This document shows positions 31,401 through 44,100 of a stretch of DNA of 64,000 nucleotides, piece by piece. The notes below the pieces were generated by a model, which was given only the letters and a program-made list of their open reading frames with translations, searched no databases and was not told where the DNA came from. Source of the DNA: Lingula anatina (lineage: Eukaryota > Animalia > Brachiopoda); the NCBI GenBank assembly GCA_051362555.1, contig CM120640.1, positions 23,484,225 to 23,548,224 of the forward strand, written 5' to 3'. Numbering within the stretch: the stretch's first letter is position 1; every line of letters starts with the position of its first letter. The position numbers and the translations under genes are program-made.

Positions 31401-31775
31401 AAGCCCAAGATCGAAGTTCTAGATGGAGATGAAGACCTAGACTGGTTAGATGATTTATCACAGGGAAACAAGCCCACAGACGATCCTGTTTCTTCAAAAC
31501 CCATACAAATGTTGGTAGAGGACATAACCCCAAATAAAGGTTCGAGCAATGAACAGTCTGAAATGGCAAGGCAGTCTACAGAATTATTGGAAAATCTTAG
31601 TAATATCTCTCAATCAAAAGTTGGCAAAAGTCGGTTGATGGACTTCTCAAAAGAGGAAGCAGAGAATAAAACTTTGACAACAGAGCAGAAAATTCAAAGG
31701 CTTGCAGAGAGTGTAGGAGAAACAAAAGCCAAACCCTCAATACCCTATGATCCAGAACTTGAGGGCCTTGACTGA
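27071..31775 (+). CDS. DNAAF1: Dynein axonemal assembly factor 1 (LRRC50/ODA7)
   Basis: Exons ~27071-27242, 27406-27470, 28182-28273 ([17 protein letters not shown]), 28581-28802 ([24 protein letters not shown], LRRs), 29103-~29476 (LRR cap [31 protein letters not shown]), 29660-~29857, 30045-30110, 30300-~30537, 30771-30877, 31183-31242, ~31390-31775 (acidic tail ending ELEGLD*). Confidence 0.93.
28385..28470. repeat. (AG)n microsatellite in a DNAAF1 intron
   Basis: About 43 perfect AG units. Confidence 0.98.
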
Positions 31776-32603
31776 ACTCCCTTTATATTGCAATGTATAT
31801 AGTATAAGCTAAAGATTAAAAAATATCTTCCGTCCTGTGGTTTCAATCAAACACCTCTTGGATTTGTCAACTTAAAAACTTTATATATATATACAATGGT
31901 TTTAATTAAAAAAACTTCTGCAGTTTTTACCAAAATTCCTGAAAAAAAATTTTTTTGATGTAGTGGAAAACATTTTTCAAATGAAGAACAATATTCATGT
32001 TTGTAAAAAGTTTATGTTAAATTAAAGAATGGAAATGCAATTAGGTGCTTCTTGCCAACTTGGGAGAGAAATGAAGATGTGTTGATCTTTTTCTCTGCAC
32101 AGTGTCATATTGATTTAATTTTTGTGGCTTGGAGCACAATATTAGAAGAAAACGTGTGTAATTGTTTTGTCTCCACCGAATTTCAGAGTCAGTTACAATA
32201 TTGTATGTACCTTTTACACCTGTGTAACCTTTTGTACTTGCATGGGGAAACTAAAATGAGATAAACAACTGTACAGAATTTTCACAAAGGAATAAATGAT
32301 TTGGACCACTTATAGAATTGAAATTTGAAACAAAAAGTGTGATCAGTGTGTCTACCAACCATGAGTGTGTGAAAGCTGCATCAAATACAAGAAATTCAAT
32401 GTGAGAAGCATTGCACTTTATTTGGGGGGGGGGGAATTACAAGTACCAAGCAACAATATACAACAAAGCCCCTGAAATGATATACATTTACTGCCCATTT
32501 TACTCGTGTTTTTACATGAATGTACAAGTTACTACAGTATCTAGCAATTAACAGCACAATCAACTTGGGAATTTTAACCATGCACAGTGCATAAACCACA
32601 TAG

Positions 32604-32605
<2 letters not shown>

Positions 32606-32654
<49 letters not shown>
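32606..32654. repeat. (TA)n microsatellite
   Basis: Pure TA run between the convergent DNAAF1 and ATP6V1C1 3' ends. Confidence 0.95.
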
Positions 32655-32659
<5 letters not shown>

Positions 32660-33296
32660 CCCAAATTCAACATGGAGAATGTTTATACAATTGACTTTTG
32701 GAAATAATACATCCATTTAATAGAAAATATTTATTCAGAACTGTAATGGTGATGATGCCTGGTTTTTGCAGGGCGAAATACGTCAGCTATTCACAGCTTG
32801 GGTTTCTGAAATACAAAATGCCTCATTACTTTTCATGCTGTTGTGCATGTTCAGAGTTCTCCCCTCCGAAAAATCTTGGTGGATGATTATACTTAAATCT
32901 AATACTTGCAAGAAAAATGTCTAATTTGTAGTGCATTTTTCATATTTGGCATTGTTAAATAAAATCTGAGCACCATATTATGTGTGACTGAAGTTTAACC
33001 ACTTGGAACTTAGCATTTCAATTACTTAACATGATTTAATTAATGTTGATGGTTGATATGACAGCAGTAAATACGATTCATATTTATGCATCTAATAGCT
33101 ATGAACAAACATATCAATGTTAACAAATTCACCTTAAACTGATTTTTCAGATATCAGTTATTGTATGAAACTATAGAATCCCAACATCTACATGACCTGT
33201 ACCAAAACCACAAAGAACCCCTGACGACTCAAAATCTGTGTTTAACAAAATGTTGTGATATTATTTACCATTGGGTGTCTGTTTACATATTATTGC

Positions 33297-33297
<1 letters not shown>

Positions 33298-33335
<38 letters not shown>
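33298..33335. repeat. (TAA)n microsatellite
   Basis: About 12 TAA units downstream of the ATP6V1C1 stop codon. Confidence 0.95.
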
Positions 33336-33340
<5 letters not shown>

Positions 33341-33538
33341 CACCCCAACATCTGTGAAAATAATTATCTACACTGCACTGTGCATTTGTCTGCTTTATTC
33401 TACATCATTCTCTCAATCTTTTAAATCCCATTGCCGAATGCCTAAGTTCTCAAGATGTACTATTCACAGTCTTGTTATCACAAAGACAGGAAAAATGAAA
33501 GTAACTTGAGTATTGAAATATGGTACACCAAGTGAAGT

Positions 33539-36500
33539 TCAAAATTTGGCAACATCCAACATATCTACATTGATTTTGTAAAACACATAGGGATAATACT
33601 CTTGTGATGCAAGTCCTAACCCAGGGATGTCAATCTGAAAAGAGAAAGAAAAAATATAATAATAAGTGTAATGTCTCACAGATCATAATTATTACTGAAC
33701 ACATGAGATGAATATCTTAACATCTATCCAAATTGTGATTTCATCTTCACATCTTAAAGAAAGTAATGTACATTGAACACAAATGAAAGCATCTGCACCC
33801 CCCCCCCCCAAAAAAAATAAAATGATGCCAAAAGAGAAAAAAATGGATTCAAAAAATTGATATTAAACTGATAATTTAATAACTGATATGAAAAGAGGGC
33901 TTTTTACCTCCTTTTCAGCTGTGTATGCAGTGTTGTCTAGATGGGAGTAAAGCTGATTGAGGACATCTCTTAACCTTTTCATGGTCTTTTTATAGGGGTG
34001 GAGCAGCATGGCTTGGAAGTTCACTGGCAATCCATACCTGAAGGGAGGAAGCATTATACTTGGTCATGGTCTATCTGAATTAAGTTATTTGTTGTATACA
34101 AATGTGTAACTAATAAACCATGGTACCATGGTAACAGATATAAATTTACTGAAATAAACCACACTCTGTGATATCATGTGACTATTTAAAAAAATGATGT
34201 CAAGTATTATGTTTTTATCTCTAATCATGACATGAAACTGAATGTCAGAAAAAATAGGTTTGAAAAACAAGATGATTCTTATAAATATATGCATGAATAC
34301 CTCAAAACTGATTCCACAAACACTCTCAAAGCTTTGACATGGATCCATGCAGTGAATGCTTCACTGAAGTTCACCTTGAGCCATCTGACCAATGGGCCCT
34401 AAAATAGATTAATATATTATTAATATTTGGACTAACCAAAGATAAAAATGAAAATAAAAAACAAGTTATTTACATTATTTAAGCACAATATTATTTGCAA
34501 CTGAAATATAGCACCTTGCTTTAGTCCAATATACCCACACATCACACATCTCAACATACATGCATGCTCTTAAGTAATACTTTAAACTTACAAACTGCCG
34601 CTTTTTATCAGCTTCTAGCTTGGAGATTTCATTTTTGCCAGCCATCAGTTGTTCTTCATCATACACAAAGTCTCTCACAATAAACCTAAACAGGTATAGG
34701 GATCCTGAATTATTCATCTTCATATTATCCTTTCTTTTGCATCAATAAACATAGACAACACCCATAAATTACTGGCGCAAGTTTTATTAATTTTAACGTA
34801 AATCAGTTTTAATGTTTAAAATATGTTCCAAAGTCTGCAAACTTAAAACAAAACGATTACAAAGCTATGACTACGCCTTCACTTACTTGTGCTCCCTGCA
34901 GTGGTGCTTAAACTCATCAACAACCCTCTTGAACAATGTCACAGTAAACAGGCCATACTCATTATCCTCAGCAAGTAAACTGGAAAAAAACGTGGAGTCA
35001 TAAAATATATATCATTCCAGTTGGGCAGAACAAGATGAATGTTAGTACTGTACAAATAGAGCCTTCTCTTATAAAACCTGGAGACTATTTGCTATTCTTC
35101 CCTACCTGGTTGATCTAGGTACCACCATATCAGTCAAAGTTTCATATTTCAGCTTCCATTCGGGGTAGAATTGTCTGAAATGTACAATGAAATGTACAAT
35201 TATGAATATTTCTGACTGTTTATGTTTTACATCTCCTCCTATTGTACAGCATAAATACAACAGAATCTAACTGCACTGTGCTGTATGCACTTTGATGATA
35301 AAAACCGAAATCCCATAAAGGTCTTTAATGGTATTGTTGTATTGAAATACCCCAGCCACAAACAAAACTACCAGAAATAATGGAAATAAGTTAAGCATTT
35401 GGAAGATAGATTTTGCCATACTTCCTCAGTTTCTCAAACAGAATACAATGACAAAGAATCCCAAGTCTTTTAAACAGTCACTTTCATATACCTGCAAGGT
35501 TATTTCAGATAGATAAATTTTGTACAAGCAATATTTCACTTTCCTTACACTTCTTAACCTCTTTCTATAATACAGGCAATATTCAAATGAAAACATATTT
35601 TCTTACTTTGGTACGCAAACCACAACAGTCTGCAAATACTCTGAAGACAAAACAAAGTCCTCCTTCTTCACCATGTCACCTATGTTTCTGGTCAAAAGAC
35701 TGCCACTACAGAAATACAAAGAAAAGAGAAGGTTATTCTCATTTTATGATGGGATGTTCCTTTCAAAGCTGTATGCAAATAAAAGATAGGTAAGCATTTA
35801 AAAAGCAACTTATATGAAAAAAAAAAATCAAATAAGAACTTAGCATATATGACAAGGCTTTGTTGCACTTACGTAGCTTTCCTTTCTAATGACTGTAAAT
35901 TTTGCTTGAGGTTGTTGTAGTTTGATGCTTTTGATTTCAAGTCCGAGTCAATCTGTGACACTTGCTGTTCGTTAAAAAATGAATCAATATTGTAAGTTAA
36001 ACTTTACTTAAATATGTCTGTGTGCGTGCGTGCGTGCATGTTTTAGTTTGCATTGTAATTTGATAACAAGATGAAGTTAATTAACATTTTGATTAGTTTC
36101 TTAAAGAGGCAAAAATGAATAAAGATAACAGTATAAAAATTCTAACTATTGTAAACATGAATTACAATTTTCTTAATGACATAAGAGCAATAAGTTTCAC
36201 TCTTAAGACAGGAACAGCTGACTTTTTCAATTCAAACTGCAGTAAAGTGTTATTTTACCTTGCTTATAATGTCAGCTATATTTTTCAGTGACTGTTTGAT
36301 GGGGTATTTAGCCATGTCCCATTGAAATCTGGTCAAATAGGTATTCAAGTCCACTAAAAGTAAATGCATTAAGGGAGAATAATAAGAGCTGAGTCTTACC
36401 ATAATTAACTCCCAATATTGGAACTTAATAAAATCAATTAATAGATTAATTAATAAACATATGAATGAATGAATGAATGCTTTAACTAATCTGCACATTG

Positions 36501-37341
36501 CATAACATATATGGTGCATGTATAATTTGTATGATATAAGTTTAAACCACTTACTCCCATTAGCAAGCAGGTTTTCTTGAAGCTTATCACGTTGTTCTTC
36601 CAGAACATCTCCAAGGTACTGGGCAACCTTCCTGGCAATGCTGTAAGTACATTTCATCTGCATAAGTAGACCTAATGAATTCGTATAATATTCCAAAACA
36701 GAAGAAACCTAATGGTTATTTTCCTACAAAGGCAAACCAAGTGCAACTTATTTGCATCTAAAGATTTTTACTTTGAAGTATCCAATATATATAATTATAT
36801 AATTAAAAAAAGACAAATTGCTCTGAGCCCTGACAAAGCTGATCCTACCCTTCACAAAAGGCATCCAGTTTCCCTAGATCATCTGACATACCAACCAAAA
36901 CATCAAGAGTGCCAACCTTTGAAAATTGAAAACAATAATAATAAGAATAATAATAAAACATACATTTGTATAAAAATGGAAGTTATATCTTGTGCATTTT
37001 GATAATCTTTTACACTCATTTTAGTCAAAAGATAAATCAAACAGTTAAGTGCCAGTTATAAGATTACTGATTACTAAGATTTTCGCCTTTGGAAACTTAC
37101 AAATATATCTCCTTCAGCTATGGCCTTTAAATTGCAACATATAATGTCTGCACAGTGAACTGTTCTTTTTTGTGCTACATTTCATTAAAATTCTACAACT
37201 GATATTGACCTTTAAATCTGGAATGTTCAATTTGTAATTGACTGAAAGGTTTTGTTGCTGAGACACTTCATTATTGAGTTTTTCCCACGTCTGCTGACAG
37301 GTCTTCTCTCCTGGTGCAGAGATCAGCCAGTATTCTGTCAT
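33539..37341 (-). CDS. ATP6V1C1: V-type proton ATPase subunit C
   Basis: Start [23 protein letters not shown] at 37341; [18 protein letters not shown]; [19 protein letters not shown]; [11 protein letters not shown]; [34 protein letters not shown]; last exon [32 protein letters not shown] non-coding first exon is likely at ~37903-38010. Confidence 0.96.
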
Positions 37342-38004
37342 CGTTAGATGGTGAGCTTTCACAATCCAATAAATATATCTGGGAAAAAAGTAGAAGAAAG
37401 GAAACAACATAAAACATAGTCAGACTGGTTAGTTTGCAAAGGCGTCCTTGCATAGGCGTTAGTGCTGTTGACAAAAATGTAGGTAAAAGATTTGTTATCT
37501 AACTAACCAACATTTTACAGTTATGAATGTCTGTATCTTTCATGCATTAGCATATAAAGTACATAACAGAAAACAATAATAGACGGCTAACGGCAGTAAT
37601 GCCTAAAACTTAGATCAGTCTCTCTTTTAAGTTATAATAATTAAGCGGAGAGAGACAACACAGGTAACAGCGTGTCGATGAAATATTCTTAATCTATTTC
37701 TGAGCTTGATAAAAACAGCATCTTCATAAAACTACAGTGTTATCTGCAAAACTAAGGGTATTAGCGTATAGTAGCAGTCAAAATATTACTGTCAGCATTG
37801 GAATCGAGTCGGCAACTCAGACAGGACGATGCCAACACAGTATCCGAATCGATATTCTTATTAAACGCAACATTTTAAATTTGTCAATCCCATAAAAACT
37901 TACCTATGTTATCTACGGAATAGATGGGGACAGCGGAATAGTCCCTGGCCTCTTACTTTTAGGTAGATCTGGAGAAGTTAAGAAAATAAAATTTTCTAGA
38001 TGTA

Positions 38005-38158
38005 TCGGTCAGCCATTTTGACATTTCACGTGATACTCGTGACCTTGTGGCCTATTTAGCTAATGCGCATGGTTAAACTGTAGGTCACTTCCGCAAACAA
38101 AGACTGGTTGAGAATGAATGAGTACACTACATGATGCTTCTCTAACAAAGTTAGAGTC
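38005..38158. promoter_or_regulatory. Bidirectional promoter ATP6V1C1/AK-like gene with CLEAR-type E-box
   Basis: TCACGTGA at ~38026-38033 followed by ctcgtgac; YY1-type cagccattttg at ~38010; ETS-type cacttccgc at ~38086; locally CpG-rich. Confidence 0.6.
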
Positions 38159-41100
38159 ATGGGCTGTAGCAGCAGCACAGGTTCAAATGCAGACGATGGA
38201 GGAGCATATAAACCAGACGTGAAAATGACTGTTGGTTCCCAGGTCCGATGGCAGGAAAAGTGTCCTCGTTTGATTTTCCTACTAGGTACGTACCAAAGCA
38301 GCGGTGGCACTGGAAGTAGATTGCTCTTGGCTGCTACTGCTAGTATTGCATTGCGCTATAGTAACTTGGCTTTAGAATAGACATTGCTTTTTAAAATAAA
38401 TAATACTCGTCAGGAAAATAAAAATGCTCGTTCACACCTCCCAGTCAGTTTAAATTAGCAATGATGCATTATATGTAGTATTTCCATGTGTTCATTCCAT
38501 CAGTCAACTTCTTTCACTTAAGTATTAATTAATGATTGAATGTTGCTAATTAGTCATTGCAGTTTAATATAACTTATCCCAAGGCTAGTAGAGTTTAGAT
38601 TCATTGTGCTGGTTAAAATGCTGATTTTTGGACTGTAATAGGTTCAAGTTTAATGTGTACAGTTCAGAACAAATATTCTAAATGATTAGATTTGTTAAAG
38701 ATGATATGCTTTAAATTCCATAGAAAAATATTGAAATAAGTTTTGAATTCTATAACAGTCATAGATCTATCTTTTTTATTTATTATTTCATAGTTTTCAC
38801 TTCTGGTAATGGTTTTGGGTGGAACTGGTAACAGAGGAGGTTGGTTTGGAGAACAGTTTTTCACACAGATTTGAATTATCATTTATTTTGATAGAAAAAA
38901 AGAAGAGGGAGTGTGAGGAAATTTGTTTGGCTTTTAAATTGTCTTTCTTGTCAGTTGTTATTTATTCATTTTTAATGAAGAAAGTTAACGAATGAAAAAA
39001 AAAAAATAAATAATGTCAAAAATATAATGATAATGGTCAATCCAAGATTTTTCAAAGGCAGATTTGATAAGCATAACATGTTGTATGTAGACATGGTTTT
39101 TATCCAAGAGACATTCATTAACTTTTGCATGGTGACAACTTTCAACTTAACAGTTCATTTATCCGGCTTATTACTCTTGATGCTGCCACTAATATTGCAA
39201 TTTATTTTGAATCGATTTTTTTAGACCTGCTCCCAGTTATCCATACTAATGACTATCATCAGCGATAACAAATTACATACTATCATTACAACAGAGGCAT
39301 TCATTGACTTTCTGTAGACTCTCAAATAGCTTGACTGATTGACCTTTTCAGCTCAGTTGGGACCTTGTGTTGATCTACACTTGTCTCTATTATTTTGTTT
39401 CTCTTGAGGTGAATAACAAGCAACTCAGGCTCCATCATAAGGCTAATTCAGTCATTAAAACTGATGTTGCTGAACTCGACTATTTAGGTTTTGTGAAGAA
39501 CTAGACTGACACCAACTGAAGATAACACTTACCGAAAGCACCAGACTTCTTATATAACATACACTTACTTAATCATATTTAGGTAGTCAGAAGCAATGAT
39601 TGTGAATTAAAAATTGGAAATGGGCATTTCTTTACAATGTCCATGTTTTAGTGCTTTAGACCATTTCCAAAAACAGTAAACTCAAAAATAATTATAACTT
39701 CCTAAAAACCATGATTCACTATTTGAAGATGTGTTTCAAGCCTTTTGCAAAAACATTTGTGGTACATTTTTTCACCTTTGGAAAATTGGATATTTTTTGG
39801 CACAGCAGAACATTGATTTAAAAAAACCCTTATTTCAAGAGAGAATTGCAAGATAAATGATGAAGATCATATGGCTTGTTTTGGTAAATCTGCTATTGAG
39901 CTCAATACCAATACAGGTGGTGATGCTTATAAATCCCAAGATTGTGTAACAGAAATAAATTAGTTTTTTTTTATAGTGCCTTGGATAAGATTCTAAGGCT
40001 CCTGGGAGGTAAGGTGATGTGAAATATCTTGCCTCACACTCAAACATCTTTTGTCACCTGGATTTTTATGTACAGACACAGATGTGTCTGTACATATAGC
40101 CATCATCTGCATCTGTCGTCGCCGTCGCCGTCGTCGTCGCCGTCGCCGTGCACTTTTACCGATAACACTATAAGTGGAAAACCATTTTACCTTTTGACTT
40201 GAAACTTGCAGAACTGATGAATATTCATAATACGCAGGTCAAGTTCGAAAATCAGCATGATCGGGTCACTTTTAGGGAATTTATGCAGTTTTTTCACTTT
40301 TTTCAGCATATATGCAGCACCGATAACACGATAAGTGGAAAACCATTTTACCTTTTGACTTGAAACTTACAGAACTGATGAATATTCATAATACGCAGGT
40401 CAAGTTCGAAAATCAGCATGATCGGGTCACTTGTAGGGAATTTATGCTGTTTTTTCACTTTTTTCAGCATATATGCAGCACCGATAACACGATAAGTGGA
40501 AAACCATTTTACCTTTTGACTTGAAACTTACAGAACTGATGAATATTCATAATACGCAGGTCAAGTTCGAAAATCAGCATGATTGGGCTATTTTGAGAGA
40601 ATTTATGCTGTTTTTTCACTATTTTCAATATAAATGCAACACTGATAACACAATATAAGAAAAACGGATTGGCCAATTGTAATTATACTCACAGGAGTGG
40701 TCAATCTTACAAAAACGCAGGTTGAGTTCGAAAATCAGCATAATCGGGCCATTATTTTAGAAGTTATACTGTTTTTTTCACATTTCCTCAGATTCAATTC
40801 TTAAGCATGTTAACAGTCTCATTATTTAACTAATAAGATGCCTAAAAGTGTTTGTTTGATATTTCCTGCATCTTTACAACATTGTTAGTTGATTATGTAA
40901 AAAACATGGTAAACTTGTTATCATGTATTGTGTAATAAAGTGTCAAAAATGGAAATAAACTCATATCATTGCAGTTTGTCAGATTCAATCATCCACTATG
41001 TTCAGAATCTCAGAATGGAGGAAATTGGACATTTAACACTGTTCTATTGATACTTTTCCCATCTCATCAAATTTTTTAGTTGGTCATATAAAAATGGCAG

Positions 41101-44100
41101 TAAAATGTTTATTTTGTTTTATGTTAAAAAAGTGTTAAAAATGGAAATAAACCCATTTCAGAACAGTGCTGTCTTGTTTACATTTTGGCATTTTCAAGGC
41201 GTGACTTTGAAGTTCCATGGGCCTGAAGACCTTTGCTAGTCACATTTTCTGCATATCTGTGATACAAATATTTTATAATTAAAAATTGATGGTCATTAAG
41301 CTGTTAAACATTATGTAATATTGCATCAAAATTTGAAGAAACCCCTATTTTGGGCACTGCTTCCATGATGACCATTTAAGGAAAATCATGTCACTTACTG
41401 TTCTCAAACTTACAGGAAAGAAACATGGGACTAAAATACAGCTTCAGTAGGCAATGCAGTCTGTTTGGTTTTTTTCTTTTTTTTTTGCAGTTAAACAGTT
41501 TTTTTGTGAAAATTTAATTTTTCACATATTGGCATTTTCAAGGTGTGACTTTAAAGTTCCATGATCTTGAAGACTTTTGCTTGTCACATTTTCTGAATGT
41601 CCATGTTACTAATATTTTATTAATAACATTTGATTGTCATTATGCTGTTAAACATTATTTAATGTTGTATCAAAATTTGAAGAAACCCCTATTTTGGGCA
41701 CTGCTCCTATGATGATCATTTAAGGGAAATCATGTCACTTACTGTTCTCAAACTTATAGGAAAGAAACATGGGACTAAAATACAGCTTCAATAGGCAACG
41801 CAGTCTGTTTGGTAAATTTTTCTGGCAATTTAACAGTTTTTTGTGAAAATTTAATTTTTCACTTATTTTTTCACTTTTCAGCATATATGCAACCCTGTAA
41901 ACACATTTTAAGGAAAACTGTTAGGCCAATTGTCATTAAACTCACAGGAGTGGTCAATCTTACTAAAACGCAGGTTGAGTTCGAAAATCAGCATAATCGG
42001 GCCATTATTTTATAAGTTATGCTGTTTTTTCACATTTCCTCAGATTCAGTTCTTAGGCATGTTAACAGTCTTATTATTTAACTAATAAGATACGTAAAAG
42101 TGTTTGTTTGACATTTCCTGCATCTTTACAACATTGTTATTTGATTATGTAAAAATGATGGTAAACTTGTTATCGTGTATTGTGTAATAAAGTGTCAAAA
42201 ATGGAAATAAACTCATATCATTGCAGTTTGTCAGATTCAATCATTCACTATGTTCAGAATCTCAGAATGGAAGAAATTGGACATTTAACACTGTTCTATT
42301 GATATTTTTCACATCTCATCAATTTTCTTAGTTGATCATATAAAAAATGGCAGTATCCTATTAATTTTGTTTTATGTTAAAAAAGTGTTAAAAATGGAAA
42401 TAAACCCATTTCAGAACAGTGCAGTCTTGTTTACATTTTGGCATTTTTAAGGTGTGACTGTGAAGTTCCATCGGCCTAAAAACCTTTGTTAGTCACGTTT
42501 TCTGTTTGTCCATGATACTAATATTTTATTATTAAAAATTGATGGTCATTATGCTGTTAAACATTATGTAATATTGCATCAAAATTTGAAAAAAACCTAT
42601 TTTGGGCACTGCTCCCATGATGACCATTTAAGAAAAACCATGTCACTTATTGTTCTCAAACAGTACAGTTAATATGTACAGATGTATTTGTACATATTGC
42701 CATCACCTGCATCTGTCGTCGCCGTCGTTGCCATCACTGTCCCTGTCGCTGGGGCTGTGCACTTTCATTGTAAACACGATAAGTGGAAGAAAGGTTTATT
42801 TTTTGGCTGTATATTTACAGAGCTGATGAATATTCATAAAATGCAGGTCAAATTCGAAAATCGGCAGGATCAGGCCACTATTTTAGTAGTTATGCTTTTT
42901 TTTATGTACAGACACAGATGTGCCTGTACATATAGCCATCATCTGCGTCTGTCGTCGCCGTCGCCGTGCACTTTTACCGATAACACGATAAGTGGAAAAC
43001 TGTTTTTTCTTTTGGCTTGAAACTTACAGAACTGATGAATATTCTTAATACGCAGGTCAAGTTCGAAAATCAGCATGATCGGGTCACTTATAGGGAATTT
43101 ACGCTGTTTTTATGTACAGACACAGATGTGTCTGTACATATAGCCATCATCTGCGTCTGTCGTCGCCTTCGCTGTCGTCGCCGTCGTCGCCGTCGCCGTG
43201 CACTTTTACCGATAACACGATAAGTGGAAAACCATTTTACCTTTTGACTTGAAACTTGCAGAACTGATGAATATTCATAATACGCAGGTCAAGTTCGAAA
43301 ATCAGCATGATCGGGTCACTTTTAGGGAATTTATGCTGTTTTTTCACTTTTTTCAGCATATATGCAGCACCGATAACACGATAAGTGGAAAACCATTTTA
43401 CCTTTTGACTTGAAACTTACAGAACTGATGAATATTCATAATACCCAGTCAAGTTCGAAAATCAGCATGATCGGGTCACTTTTAGGGAATTTATGCTGTT
43501 TTTTCACTTTTTCAGCATATATGCAGCCCCGATAACACGATAAGTGGAAAACCATTTTTATGTACAGACACAGATGTGTCTGTACATATAGCCATCATCT
43601 GCGTCTGTCTTCGCCGTCGTCGCCGTGCACTTTTACCGATAACACGATAAGTGGAAAACTGTTTTTTCTTTTGGCTTGAAACTTACAGAACTGATGAATA
43701 TTCGTAATACGCAGGTCAAGTTCGAAAATCAGCATGATCGGGTCACTTATAGGGAATTTATGCTGTTTTTTCACTTTTTCAGCATATATGCAGCCCCGAT
43801 AACACGATAAGTGGAAAATCATTTTACCTTTTGGCTTGAAACTTACAGAACTGATGAATATTCATAATACGCAGGTCAAGTTCGAAAATCAGCATGATCG
43901 GGTCACTTATAGGGAATTTATGCTGTTTTTTCACTTTTTTCAGCATATATGCAGCCCCGATAACACGATAAGTGGAAAATCATTTTACCTTTTGGCTTGA
44001 AACTTACAGAACTGATGTATATTCATATTACGCAGGTCAAGTTCGAAAATCAGCATGATCGGGTCACTTATAGGGAATTTATGCTGTTTTTTCACTTTTT

